Below are positions 1 through 12,247 of a DNA stretch of 38,444 nucleotides, piece after piece. Location: the NCBI GenBank assembly GCA_030141605.1, contig JAQGDQ010001490.1:1-38444 (forward strand), read 5' to 3'. Each line of letters starts with the position of its first letter. The stretch's first letter is position 1. Under the pieces are notes generated by a model. That model did no database searches. It was not told the origin of the DNA and saw only the letters and a program-made list of their open reading frames with translations. Made by a program: the position numbers and the translations under genes. The stretch comes from Tubiluchus corallicola. Lineage: Eukaryota; Animalia; Priapulida.

Positions 1-708
1 TTAGAGAAACTTCTAAATCTTCTCAGTTGACTGACTTGATTCAGTTTAACTTTTTTTATTTTTCTTCTTAAGTGGATCAGAGAAACGAAGCGTTTAACAG
101 TTAACAGCTGGAGGAGGAAGAGTTTCCGTTTATTTTACGAGGATTTACCGACATTAAGTGCACAGATTAACGCCCTCATGTGATCCAAAAATAAATTATA
201 AATCAGTGGGGGGTAAGCGGGTATGTGTCTCTTAAGTGCAAGGAATTTGTCAACTTGGAACGGAACAGTAACGATTTTTGTTCGCATCATAACTTTTGAT
301 GAAGCCAGACTTGTTTTAGTGTCTAATAGTCGTGATGAACGAGCTAAAGCACTCCTGCCCTTCTCTTCTTACAACATGTTTTGTCTTAGGCCAAATGAAG
401 CTATTTAGCCGTACTTGTAAACCGATTAACTAAGCTATCTAAGCTAAAGCAGTCATGCCCTTCCCTTCTTACAACATGTTTTGTCTTAGGCCAAATGAAG
501 CTATTTAGCCGTACTTGTAAACCGATTAACTAGGCTATCTAAGCTAAAGCAGTCCTGCCCTTCCCTTCTTACAACATATTTTGTCTTAGGCCAAATGAAG
601 CTATTTAACCATACTTGCAAACCGATTAACTAAGCTATCTAAGCTAAAGCACTCCTGCCCTTCCCTTCTTACAACATGTTTTGTCTTAGGCCGAATGAAG
701 CTATTCAG
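1..708 (+). repeat. Terminal module A, copy 1 (unique part plus 100-bp tandem sub-repeats)
   Basis: Direct copy starts at 12853; inverted copies at 9611-10212 and ~22882-23761. Confidence 0.93.
342..708 (+). repeat. 100-bp tandem repeat, ~3.7 copies
   Basis: GCTAAAGC recurs at 343, 443, 543, 643. Confidence 0.95.
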
Positions 709-749
709 CTCTTTTGAGAATGTAAAACTGAGAGATAAATTTGAAACAA

Positions 750-1336
<587 letters not shown>

Positions 1337-1899
1337 ATAAACAAACTCTACTGAAGGTGACAAACAAGCAAACAAACACCGCTAATTGACAAGAAGTAGA
1401 GGTATAGAAGCCAGTGCCAAATGAAAACGTTCTTTAACTTTTTACATGGCTTCGCTTGAAACTAACGGTAAAATTAGCAGCTGATTAGTGGAAACGCACG
1501 TGTTGCAAATCAACATGCTCACGTAGAGAAACTCCAAAGTGCTTGGAAAGTTCAACGAAAGGTCAAAAAGAAAGCGTGCCAGTTAGTTCTCTATGCTAGG
1601 CCAGGAAAATTAAAGGAAAAAGATGGCTTTTAATACCCTACCCCTTTTTCAAGCACATTTTACCAATGTACCATTTTACCAAGGTAGGAAGTGTATGTTT
1701 TATCACCAATAATAATGGAAAGCGTTTCTGGTCATTATAAAATAGGTTAAAAACATAGTTAACGGCAGAGGAGCCATCTAGTGGTCAGTTCAACAACTGA
1801 ATAAAATTTGCAGCAGCATAGACATTATGATGTTTGCAAAGGTACCGTGCTATTGTATAAAATTCCATGTGATTTTCAAAACTCATCAAATTTAAAATT

Positions 1900-2014
1900 T
1901 AAAATTCAAGTTTACTGCTGTGCTCACGCAGCTGAACTCTCGAACGTGTGGACTACGTCACAACTGAACATCTTTAAACTGAGATGTACAGCACCTGCTT
2001 TTTCAGCAATGCGT
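1900..2014 (+). repeat. Diverged ~115-bp repeat; inverted partner at ~8910-9025 in the same arm
   Basis: Shared blocks CTGTGC-CACGCA, TCGAACGTGTG, CGTCACAA, AACTGAGA-GTACAGCACCTG with 14160-14274 (mirror of 8910-9025). Confidence 0.75.
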
Positions 2015-2439
2015 CTGGTTCACAATTTTTCAGAATCTGCTTTCTTTCTCCAACTCACTACCCGCAATGGGTAATAATTGTTAAAAATAAAGGCCCTGGT
2101 AATCACGCTCATCATTAATTAATGATATCGATAATTGCCAGCTAATTGGGTGAAGTATTCTACTCTTTTCTATCGTATTCCTTCTATGATGCAATCGGAC
2201 AAACATGTCATTTCAATTCACGTGGCTTTATTTCCTTTAGTGGCGAAGGAAATGTAAGTTTTCAAATGTTTGTAACAATTTCGCGTCGAAACTTAAAAGG
2301 CTTCAAAATTGCTCACAAAGAACTGCGCAGGTAACATAATACCACACCTGTAATCAACACCTGCAGACGCTGAGAAGCAATGTATCGTCTGTAAAGACTG
2401 TATAAGGTGCTGCTAAAAACTCAAACTGAATTTAATGTA

Positions 2440-2910
2440 TCGTTGGTTTTGATTTTTTTAGGTTTCGCCTTGCGCTGATTTTTGTTACTGTTGCTTCATA
2501 TATGTTTTGCTTTAAACTGAATTTTGTTTTTGCTCGTGAGTTTGATTTTGTTGCTTTTGTGTGATATAATTTTTGCTCTAAGTTGAATTCAGTTTTGCTT
2601 TATTTTTTGACAAATTCTTTTACCTTCAGTTGAATTGCGTTTGCTTTATAAAATTTTCGCTTTGAGTTTCATTTTGTTTGATATAATTTTTTGCTACGAG
2701 TTAAATTGCGTTTTGCATTGCTTGTGAAAACTTCCTTTTGTTCTGAGCGGAACTGCATTTTTGCTTTAAGTAGATTTTTGTTGTTTTTTTGTTTGATATT
2801 ATTTTTTTCTCTACATTGAATTTCATTAATCTTTTGTTTGATGTTATGCCTTGTTATGCTTTGAATTGCATTTCTGCTTTGAGTTGATTTTTGTTGCTTT
2901 TGCCTTTTAT
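2440..2910 (+). repeat. Highly degenerate T-rich tandem-like repeat
   Basis: Recurrent TTTTGCT..AGTT(G)AATT-like motifs with strong strand skew; mirrored at ~20643-21113. Confidence 0.55.
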
Positions 2911-3903
2911 ATATACACAAACACCTAAAAAATGTCAGGAGCCTGTGAGTAAACTTGTATTTTTAATAAGGGGCAGCTGACCAAGTGACCAATAGGTCTT
3001 TCGCTGCTCCTTCTCAGCTGCAATGAAATGTAAAAATAATTATGACGAATTTTAAACTGCTATTGAGAAAATAAAATTGAATTGAATTGAATTGTTGGTA
3101 ACAACCGGGAATCAGTTTTTTAGCGATGATACACGACTTTTAAAAGCAAATAAGGCCTACCAAGCTGAATGCTGAAAGCTCGTACCTCTAGTTTCAGGTT
3201 ATAAGCACGTAACAGTAATTTAAAAACAACTAGCATTGCTATTCCAATGATAAGTGGAACGATGTACACAATTTGGCTATCAAAGTTAATCCCGGTTAAT
3301 AAATGGATAAGTGACCATTGTGGAAACTCATGAGTGGTATCTACTACAATATCACTAGGAAAATGCGTAGACATCACGAGTTTCCAAGACACTAGCCAAT
3401 TCAATGTCTCGACTTAAACGATCCTCTTGACAATCGGACCGGTCCCGCCACCATCAACATTTTACTAGGCTCTGCGTTGACTGGTGGCTTCCAGCTTGCC
3501 GAACTGTGTACAAAATCATATCTTTCAATAGGGCAGCAACAAAATTGTACATAAAGCTCATATTTTGCTTCCAAAGTTCAAAGCACACCAGATCCAGTTC
3601 AGTAACCGTAAAGAAAGTGTTGTCAGCTATACTACTGCCCAATAATAATTACTGGCATGGTCCTGAAAAAGCCGAAAGTTTTTCCGTTTATTCGAGCGCA
3701 AAGATCCGTCATTTAAGCCTTCTTTAACCGACTCATACTAACATGAGATAAAGCTGATTACGTTGAACAAAATGCTGACGAGCTTCCTGCTAAACATTTG
3801 GCTTATAGGTAAGAGCATTAACTTTAACTATCGTTTCCGTATGATCTATATTAATTGGGCCGTCATCTTGCCATTTGCAATCTGATATGGACTCCCCAGA
3901 GGG

Positions 3904-4745
3904 CTGACACTGGGAGCTGATGTCAGCAGTCCATTGTTCTCTGACACTGGGAGCTGATGTCAGCAGTCCATTGTTCTCTGACACTGGGAGCTGATGTCAG
4001 CAGTCCATTGTTCTCCGACACTGGGAGCTGATGTCAGCAGTCCACTGTTCTCTGACACTGGGACTGACGTCAGCAGTCCACTGTTCTCTGACAATAGGGG
4101 CTGACGTCAGCAGTCCATTGTTCTCTGTCACTGGGAGCTGATGTCAGCAGTCCATTGTTCTCCGACACTGGGAGCTGATGTCAGCAGTCCATTGTTCTCT
4201 GACACTGGGAGCTGATGTCAGCAGTCCATTGTTCTCCGACACTGGGAGCTGATGTCAGCAGTCCATTGTTCTCTGACACTGGGACTAATGTCAGCAGTCC
4301 ATTGTTCTCTGACACTGGGAGCTGATGTCAGCAGTCCATTGTTCTCTGACACTGGGAGCTGATGTCAGCAGTCCATTGTTCTCTGACACTGGGACTGACG
4401 TCAGCAGTCCACTGTTCTCTGACACTGGGACTGACGTCAGCAGTCCATTGTTCTCTGACAATAGGGGCTGACGTCAGCAGTCCACTGTTCTCTGACACAG
4501 ACTGATGTCAGCAGTCCATTGTTCTCTGACAATAGGGGCTGACGTCAGCAGTCCACTGTTCTCTGACACAGAGACGGATGTCAGCAGTCCATTATTCTCT
4601 GGCACTGGAGGCTGATGTCAGCAGTCCATTGTTCTCTGACACTGGGGGCTGATGTCAGCAGTCCATTGTTCTCTGACACTGGAGGCTGATATCAGCAGTC
4701 CATGCTTCTCTGACACTGGAGGCTGATATCAGCAGTCCATTGTTC
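3904..4745 (+). repeat. 37-bp minisatellite, ~23 copies (CTGACACTGGGAGCTGATGTCAGCAGTCCATTGTTCT)
   Basis: Units start at 3941, 3978 etc.; minor length variants. Confidence 0.95.
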
Positions 4746-5484
4746 ATGAACTGCCGTATTAATTTATCACGTCATATGATGTACAGCCCATTTTCGTGAC
4801 ACCACGCATTTAAGCAGTAACACTTACGCAAATGTGCTTGATGCGCAAGGGAAGATACCTGCCATTACACAAACTGTGGTTAGTTTCTGATGTAAGCAAT
4901 AGCTGTGTTCGGTTGAATAAACTCGCTTTCCAAGCTAATTATTCAAATATAAGAAACAATCGCCAACTTTTATAGGCAAGAAAATGTATATTCTGGAAAG
5001 TGAAATAAATGAGATTGAGTCTAAACAGTCGCCCGGTCTTCCTTTAATACTTAATTGAAGTTTACAAAACCCATACAATAGATACGATAGCAAAAACGAT
5101 TCTCGATGTACATAAGCCTATACAAAGTATGGTAAATTTGTAGACTTATACTTCCTGAACTTAGTTCGTTATTATGGTGACAGTATCTGCTTCACATGCA
5201 TTATGTTTGATTGATGGCAGACATGAATTCAGTCGGTTTAATTGCGCTGTTACGAACTAATACAACCAGTAGATTGTTATTATTGATAACGTCAAAATCT
5301 GACGCGTTGTCGCAGGCGCTTTTTAACACGCTACGTCACGTGATAGGCGCCCTGGGACGTTCATTTCCAAACTATTCTTATGCAGTGTAATAAAAATAAT
5401 CTCGCCGGAAAATGTTGCAGCAAATACTTGACCGCCCACCATCAAGAAATTGAAAAGACGCGTTATTTCAGTGCATTGCTATGA

Positions 5485-6034
5485 ACTATATTGCTTTTTA
5501 TATTTAAATACATTAACAACATCAGCAAACCATTCCAGAATAACAGATTTACCTTTTTTCCAAATCCTATCGTTAATTCCAGAACAAGCAATCTAAAACA
5601 AATTAGGACAAATACCCACTATGGAACGAACTCTGTAATCAAACAAGCAATTTTACTTTGGAATTCTCTACCATTACAGGTTAAACAAATCAAGTCCCTA
5701 TCAGCATTTAAAACAAAATTAAAATCACTAATATTAACCAGATATGAAATACCATCACACCAGTACGACAACATACACACTAATTCCGAATTCATATACC
5801 CACGGCCATATTAATTAAATCATAGTTTTTTTTTATATTTTTTTGTGTATAGTTGTAAATATGTTTGATTTTATTCGTCATTACTGCACAGTAGTTTAGA
5901 TTGCACTGACGCATTTGCCTTCAGCAGTGTAAGTTTTTATTAACTAACACTGATTGATTATCTCTATAAAGTTTTTATCAGTGATTATCAATGTTTTTAA
6001 TGGCAAATAAAGATTATTATATATATATATATAT
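5485..6034 (+). mobile_element. 5'-truncated CR1/L2-group (Crack-like) LINE: ORF2 C-terminus, 3'UTR and tail
   Basis: ORF 5491-5814 ends RTNTHYGTNSVIKQAILLWNSLPLQVKQIKSLSAFKTKLK, the typical CR1/L2-group ORF2 ending; followed by AATAAA and a TAT/(TA)n tail. Confidence 0.85.
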
Positions 6035-7095
6035 AACTAGCCTAAATATTAGATTAAAATGAGATTGAATCTAAGCAAAGCTTATAATATACCGAGGGTT
6101 TCATTTACATCAATGGCTACAAAGCAAAGTGACACGCATCTCTGGTCAAATACAACCTTCTGATGTCCTGTATGACACAGAATCAATTAGAATAAGGTCC
6201 TCCGAGTCATCGTGTCACGTGACACAATCTTCCGATCTCATAAATTCGTTTCCTTTTAAGAAACTCTTTGGCTTCTGTCTGATCTCACAGGTACCTCAGA
6301 GGAATTACTAATGAGGTTCGTGTGCAGGTGTTTTGTCTAACCTGAGCTCCTAAGAGCCACTAGTCACTGACAGCAAATTACACCGAGAAATTAATCTGCG
6401 ATGTCTGTAACTACTTGCTTGGGCTTTCAAAACCAAATTCGAAGCTGGATTAAATTTTGCTCTTTCTTTGCTCCTCATTTGCCAAAACATGTTATTCCAT
6501 CTAAACATAAGAAATTAGTGCCAAAAAATAACAAATAAACAAAAAATAACACTAGCCAAAAGTCGATTTTACATAATTAAGAGTTATAGACTGTACTGTC
6601 GTATTAATTAATACCTAGCTGTTATTTTAAACTAAATTTAAGTTTTTTAAAGTAATTAGAGGATATACATACGTTATTAGCCCCAAATCATGAGCAATTG
6701 TAAACAGATAACGACAATATCTTATCAACTTATCACGACACGTCTTCACTTCACAGTAGGCCTCTGACCCAAATCAAATTGATCACGTGATTAGGCCAAA
6801 AATCACCACAAGGTTGCCAAAGCCAACAACAAGCGAAGGCAGCAAAGCAGCACGCCAATGCAAGATTTCCAGTACACTACTGATGAAGTAGTTTAACTTT
6901 TACGAGAATAAAAACTTTACGTTGTCTGACTATAACATTTAAAATGATTAAATTAAAAGTTTTCACCACGAATAAAGAATTAATTTACGTGATTTTTCAC
7001 AACATTCTGGCTTCCCAAGGATCTACACCCACTGAAATTGCCCATCAGTCTAAGAGGAAGAAAAATAGAAAGATTTGCGTTTGACCTTTCACCTT

Positions 7096-7464
7096 TGTTG
7101 TGGAGATCGTTGGCATCTATTAGAATTACATAAAACATTGTAGAATGTTCCGTTGCAATGATCGTCTTACCTTGTAGAATGTTCTAGAAAGAAACGTCTG
7201 GAATGTTCTCTGGCACCCTATGTAAGGCGAAGCAGGCCGCTGAGAGAGACACGCAGATTCACACAGACGCCACTTACACATTCTCTTGTATACTTGTATT
7301 TGCAGATACACTTAAACGTTTTCCAGATTTTCACGTTTACTGTAAACACTTCGCGTTCCTTCATACTTTTGTGTTGTAGAATTCTCGCTTAATAAACTAG
7401 TTTAATTTGACGAAGTGTTTTCTGCTTTTCTCTACGAGCCTTGCAGGAGAAACAAAACACAACA
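7096..7464 (+). mobile_element. Solo-LTR-like element, 369 bp
   Basis: TGTTGTG...CACAACA termini; internal order of enhancer motifs, TATA-like CTATGTAAG (~7218) and AATAAA (7391). No TSD found. Confidence 0.65.
7141..7210. promoter_or_regulatory. Cluster of three heat-shock elements (nGAAn inverted arrays)
   Basis: AGAATGTTCC (7142), AGAATGTTCTAGAAA (7176-7190, perfect three-unit HSE), GGAATGTTCT (7200). Confidence 0.6.
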
Positions 7465-7918
7465 AGGTAATTTCACAGAATTTTTTTACCGTATCGGATA
7501 TGCAAATACTGACAAACGCGAATGTATGAATGGTAGACCACGCATCGTTTATTGTTTTAATGCCATCTAGCGGACAAAACCAAAAGAAATGCTTTAACAG
7601 ATAAATGACCAACATAGATATAAATCTCATCATAGGCGAACGCAACACAGAAGTTTTAAAATCAATTTAACAATGGACGACTTTCTGGCTAATTTAATGC
7701 AAAATTCTAAAAATAATTCTTTCAGAATAGGAAAGCCAAATTGTTATACTAATATAGATATTGTTAGATAAACTGATAGATAAAATTGTGATATTAACTT
7801 ATATACGTATATTTAAGTCCCGGTTTGATTGTATTTACCGTTAAATACGTTTCCTCTACAAATAGAGGGCAGCACTTGTATTATAACAGTTGTATATAAT
7901 GTAGTATAATTTGTATTC

Positions 7919-7929
7919 GGCGGCGGCGG

Positions 7930-7966
<37 letters not shown>

Positions 7967-8345
7967 ACCACCACCACCACCAACAACAAAAACAACAACA
8001 ATAACAACAACAGCAATACCAACAACATCAGCAACAACGACAACAAAAACAACAACACCAACAACATCAACAACAACAACAACGATAACGACAATGACAA
8101 AGACCAAGACAACGAAAACGACAGCAACAACAATTCCAACAACAGCAACGAAAACAATATCAACGACAATCAAACACCAAATAAAAACAATGACAAGAAC
8201 CTCATCCATCGTAATCATCATCATCACCATCGTCATCGTCATTGTCATAGTCATTATAATGGTCGTCGTCACCATCAAAACCTGCACACTACCACTACAA
8301 TCATCATCATCATCATTACCATTGCCAACAACAACAGCAGCAATA

Positions 8346-8434
<89 letters not shown>

Positions 8435-8447
8435 TACTACTACTACA

Positions 8448-8490
<43 letters not shown>

Positions 8491-8506
8491 TTATTATTAT
8501 TATTAT
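7919..8506 (+). repeat. Compound trinucleotide repeat region (GGC, GAC, CAA, CAT, TAC, TAT)
   Basis: Directly visible; produces spurious Thr/Val/Leu-rich ORFs. Confidence 0.93.
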
Positions 8507-9553
8507 CAAGGATGTTATTATTAAGTGACTAAACAATTACAACTACATCTTAATAATTCATTAATAAATGCATGTACGATGGAACACATACAGGCTTAGA
8601 ATGGGATTTACATGTACGATATGTATGCAAAAGTAAAAAAAATGTGAAATTAAAATCTGATTTGTTAATAAAGAAAAAAATTACAACTATTATTAAACTT
8701 TATGTATTTATGTTCTAACTGAAACTAGTTTAATCCTTTTGAATGCAAACTCAGTCAGTAACATCACCCTATAAAATATTAAAGTAACTAACTACTTTTT
8801 CAAGAATGGCTTACGCGAAAGTTTTGTTACTAAATGTCATTTCGCGTTCACAATTCTTGGCTGTTACATGTATTTCGACAGTTGCTAGTTAGATGGGTAC
8901 TACATTGGGAACGCGCTGTGCAAAATACAGGTGCTGTACCTCTCAGTTCAGAGGTGTTAGTTTGTGACGAACTACACACGTTCGACAGCTCATGCGTGCG
9001 CACAGAGGTAAATTTAAAATTTGAATGTTAAACCAGCATAGTTATAGTACGATACACTGAATATCTTACAGTAGCACTGTACTTCAATTTTTGCTTTCGC
9101 AAACACGTGCAATACGCTCGTGGCAGATTTTTGGAGTTGAAAAGTATGTTAGTTTGTGACGTCATCAGTAGTTGATTAAGTTTTTAATCTATTATTTAGT
9201 TATTAGAAATGCTTTTGTAGTATTAATCGTGTAAAATGTATACTTTTTATGGAAGTTGAAAATGGGGTAGTATATGAAAAATCATCCTGCCTACCTTTAA
9301 CTATTGCAGGTGTTACAAAGTGGGGTAGAAACAAGTGAAAAATCGTTGTGTTTTCCTTTAATCTGGTGCAGCTATGCAACGTTTTTTTTAAATACAAGCT
9401 TGCTGGCTTCCTTCCACACGTGTAAAAACTCCCCTGCAAAGTTATCAACATGTTTTGTTTGTATTAATCCGCACAAAATGATATCCGGTCAGGCGGCCTA
9501 TGATAAACAATCATCAAGGCTTCACTAAATACTACAGACATTATATACAGTAT

Positions 9554-9610
9554 ACTACGGCCATATCACGTCTCGTCTGATCACCGAAGTTAAGCAACGT
9601 AGAGCCTGGT
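9554..9610 (+). pseudogene. 5' fragment of 5S rRNA / SINE head with internal deletion
   Basis: ACTACGGCCATATCACG-TCTCGTCTGATCACCGAAGTTAAGCAACGTAGAGCCTGGT; lacks ~14 nt (TTGAAAACACCGGT) present in other copies. Confidence 0.85.
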
Positions 9611-10212
9611 AGAGCAAGTACGGCTAGATAGCTTGATTTGGCCTAAGACAAAACATGTTGTAAGAAGTGAAGGGCAGGACTGCTTTAGCTTAAATAACCT
9701 AGTTAATCGGTTTGCAAGTACGGCTAAATAGCTTCATTTGGCCTAAGACAAAACATGTTGTAAGAAGGGAAGGGCAGGACTGCTTTAGCTTAGATAGCTT
9801 AGTTAATCGGTTTGCAAGTATGGTTAAATAGCTTCATTTGGCCTAAGACAAAACATGTTGTAAGAAGGGAAGGGCAGGACTGCTTTAGCTTAGATAACCT
9901 AGTTAATCGGTTTGCAAGTACGGCTAAATAGCTTCCTTTGGCCTAAGACAAAACATGTTGTAAGAAGAGAAGGGCAGGAGTGCTTTAGCTCGTTCATCAC
10001 GACTATTAGACACTAAAACACGTCTGGCTTCATCAAAAGTTATGATGCGAACAAAAATCGTTAATGTTCGGTTCCAAGTTGACAAATTCCTTACACTTAA
10101 GAGACACATACCCGCTTACCCCCCACTGATTTATAATTTATTTTTGGATCACATGAGGGCGTTAATCTGTGCACTTAATGTCGGTAAATCCTCGTAAAAT
10201 AAACGGAAACTC
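9611..10212 (-). repeat. Terminal module A, copy 2 (inverted; truncated at the 72-bp array)
   Basis: Reverse complement of 12972-13573; AAACATGTTG at 9651, 9751, 9851, 9951. Confidence 0.93.
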
Positions 10213-11040
10213 AGCATGTTGGGTTTATTTTACTGTTATGACTTAAACTGTTTGTGGTGTGCTAAAGGAAAGAACAAGTCACTCAGTATGTTGGGTTTAT
10301 TTTACTGTTATCACTTAAACTGTTTGTGGTGTGCTAAAGGAAAGAACAAGTCACTCAGTATGTTGAGTTTATTTTACTGTTATGACTTAAGCTGTTTGTG
10401 GTGTGCTAAAGAAATGAACAAGTCACTCAGTATGTTGGGTTTATTTTACTGTTATCACTTAAACTGTTTGTGGTGTGCTAAAGTGAAGAACAAGTCACTC
10501 AGTATGTTGGGTTTATTTTACTGTTATGACTTAAGCTGTTTGTGGTGTGCTAAAGAAATGAACAAGTCACTCAGTATGTTGGGTTTATTTTACTGCTATC
10601 ACTTAAACTGTTTGTGGTGTGCTAAAGGACAGAACAAGTCACTCAGCATGTTGGGTTTATTTTACTGTTATGACTTAAACTGTTTGTGGTGTGCTAAAGG
10701 AAAGAACAAGTCACTCAGTATGTTGGGTTTATTTTACTGCGATCACTTAAACTGTTTGTGGTGTGCTAAAGAAATGAACAAGTCACTCAGTATGTTGGGT
10801 TTATTTTACTGCTATCACTTAAACTGTTTGTGGTGTGCTAAAGGAAAGAACAAGTCACTCAGTATGTTGGGTTTATTTTACTGCGATCACTTAAACTGTT
10901 TGTGGTGTGCTAAAGAAATGAACAAGTCACTCAGCATGTTGGGTTTATTTTACTGTTATGACTTAAACTGTTTGTGGTGTGCTAAAGAAATGAACAAGTC
11001 ACTCAGTATGTTGGGTTTATTTTACTGCGATCACTTAAAC
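10209..11040 (+). repeat. 72-bp tandem repeat, ~11.5 copies
   Basis: Unit translates as 24-aa repeat MLGLFYCY(D/H)LNCLWCAK(GK/EM)NKSLS in ORF 10216-11097. Confidence 0.95.
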
Positions 11041-11565
11041 TTGGAAAAATTTTCAGGCATGGTAGTTGCCGCCATTCACTCAAAAATCATGACGTAACTG
11101 GAGACCACGTGACTTTTCGCAAGCGCCCGCTGCTTAAAGTAATTCAAGCTTCTGCAGCTCACACAACATTATTGCAAAATTAGCTATCCAATTTTTTTTG
11201 TAAAAACTTATACTTTTGATGACGATTAACAGTGTGCTACTTTTCTTAAGGTCATTGGAAGAATGGGCATTGAAAATGGGCGCGTTTGCGCATGAAGTGA
11301 TCCCGACTTTAAAGTGATTTTACTAATTAAATGACGCGCTTATTGCAGTTTTATTATAAATCCTAAAATTTTTCGCGAACATTCAAATAAGATTTACTTC
11401 CCAGAAAAGTTGACTTTTCCTTTAATAATGTAATTAGTTGTTTTCATCATTAGGGTTTTTCTGCGTCTTACGTTTTTTGTACTTAATCAGCTAATATTTT
11501 ATAATTTATAAAATTTAATATGATTTAAATTCTATGATTTTCGACGGCGACACCTGATAAAACGG

Positions 11566-11875
11566 CACTGCATCGCCATCCCAGTGTGCACCACTGATTC
11601 ACTGCATCGCCATCCCAGTGTGCACCACTGATTCACTGCATCGCCATCCCAGTGTGCACCACTGATTCACTGCATCGCCATCCCAGTGTGCACCACTGAT
11701 TCACTGCATCGCCATCCCAGTGTGCACCACTGATTCACTGCATTGCCATCCCACTGTGCACCACTGATTCACTGGATCACCATCCCAGTGTGCACCACTA
11801 ATTCACTGCATCGCCATCCCAGTGTGCACCACTGATTCACTGCATCGCCATCCCAGTGTGCACCACTGATTCACT
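11566..11875 (+). repeat. 34-bp minisatellite, ~9 copies (CACTGCATCGCCATCCCAGTGTGCACCACTGATT)
   Basis: Units start at 11566, 11600 etc. Confidence 0.95.
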
Positions 11876-12247
11876 CAAAGACACATTGATCTTATTGACA
11901 ATAAAAAGTAATTTAAACTTTTGCTTAGTTAGCGAAGAATGTGCTACGAATGCTCTAATATTTTTTACAGTCTTTTCCCAATGTTATTTAAACTTGATTC
12001 AAACGAACTTAAATGACTGCGTCGCCTAAATGATCGTAGTTTTTACAGCGTTACTGCTGACGCCAGCCCTGCATGTAATAAGACAGCACACAGGTGATGT
12101 AAAATTTCAAGACGAGTTTTTAAACTTTATTTATGAAGAGTGTTTTCTTGTGCTTTAAAACTCGCTGATTGGTTGTCTGATGACTTACCTAACTTGAAAC
12201 CATTCACTCTCAAAGCTACAGCGTACGTAATGTTTATGCTGTATATT

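Noticed and set aside
73-212. Possible exon in module A (polypyrimidine-AG ... GTAAG) and the 61-aa ORF 223-408
   Set aside because: All three frames of the putative exon contain stops; the ORF runs into the 100-bp repeat and has no recognisable motif.
3904-4745. CRISPR-like appearance of the 37-bp and 34-bp (11566-11875) arrays
   Set aside because: Units are head-to-tail with no unique spacers, there are no cas genes, and the context is eukaryotic.
7813-8536. Mucin-like Thr-rich and Val/Leu-rich ORFs (also 14648-15740)
   Set aside because: Open on both strands because of trinucleotide repeats; content differs between arms; no true start or signal peptide.
12177-12200. CTGATGA...GAAAC hammerhead-like core (CTGATGA also near 6880 and 14016)
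   Set aside because: No stem II or flanking helices can be formed.
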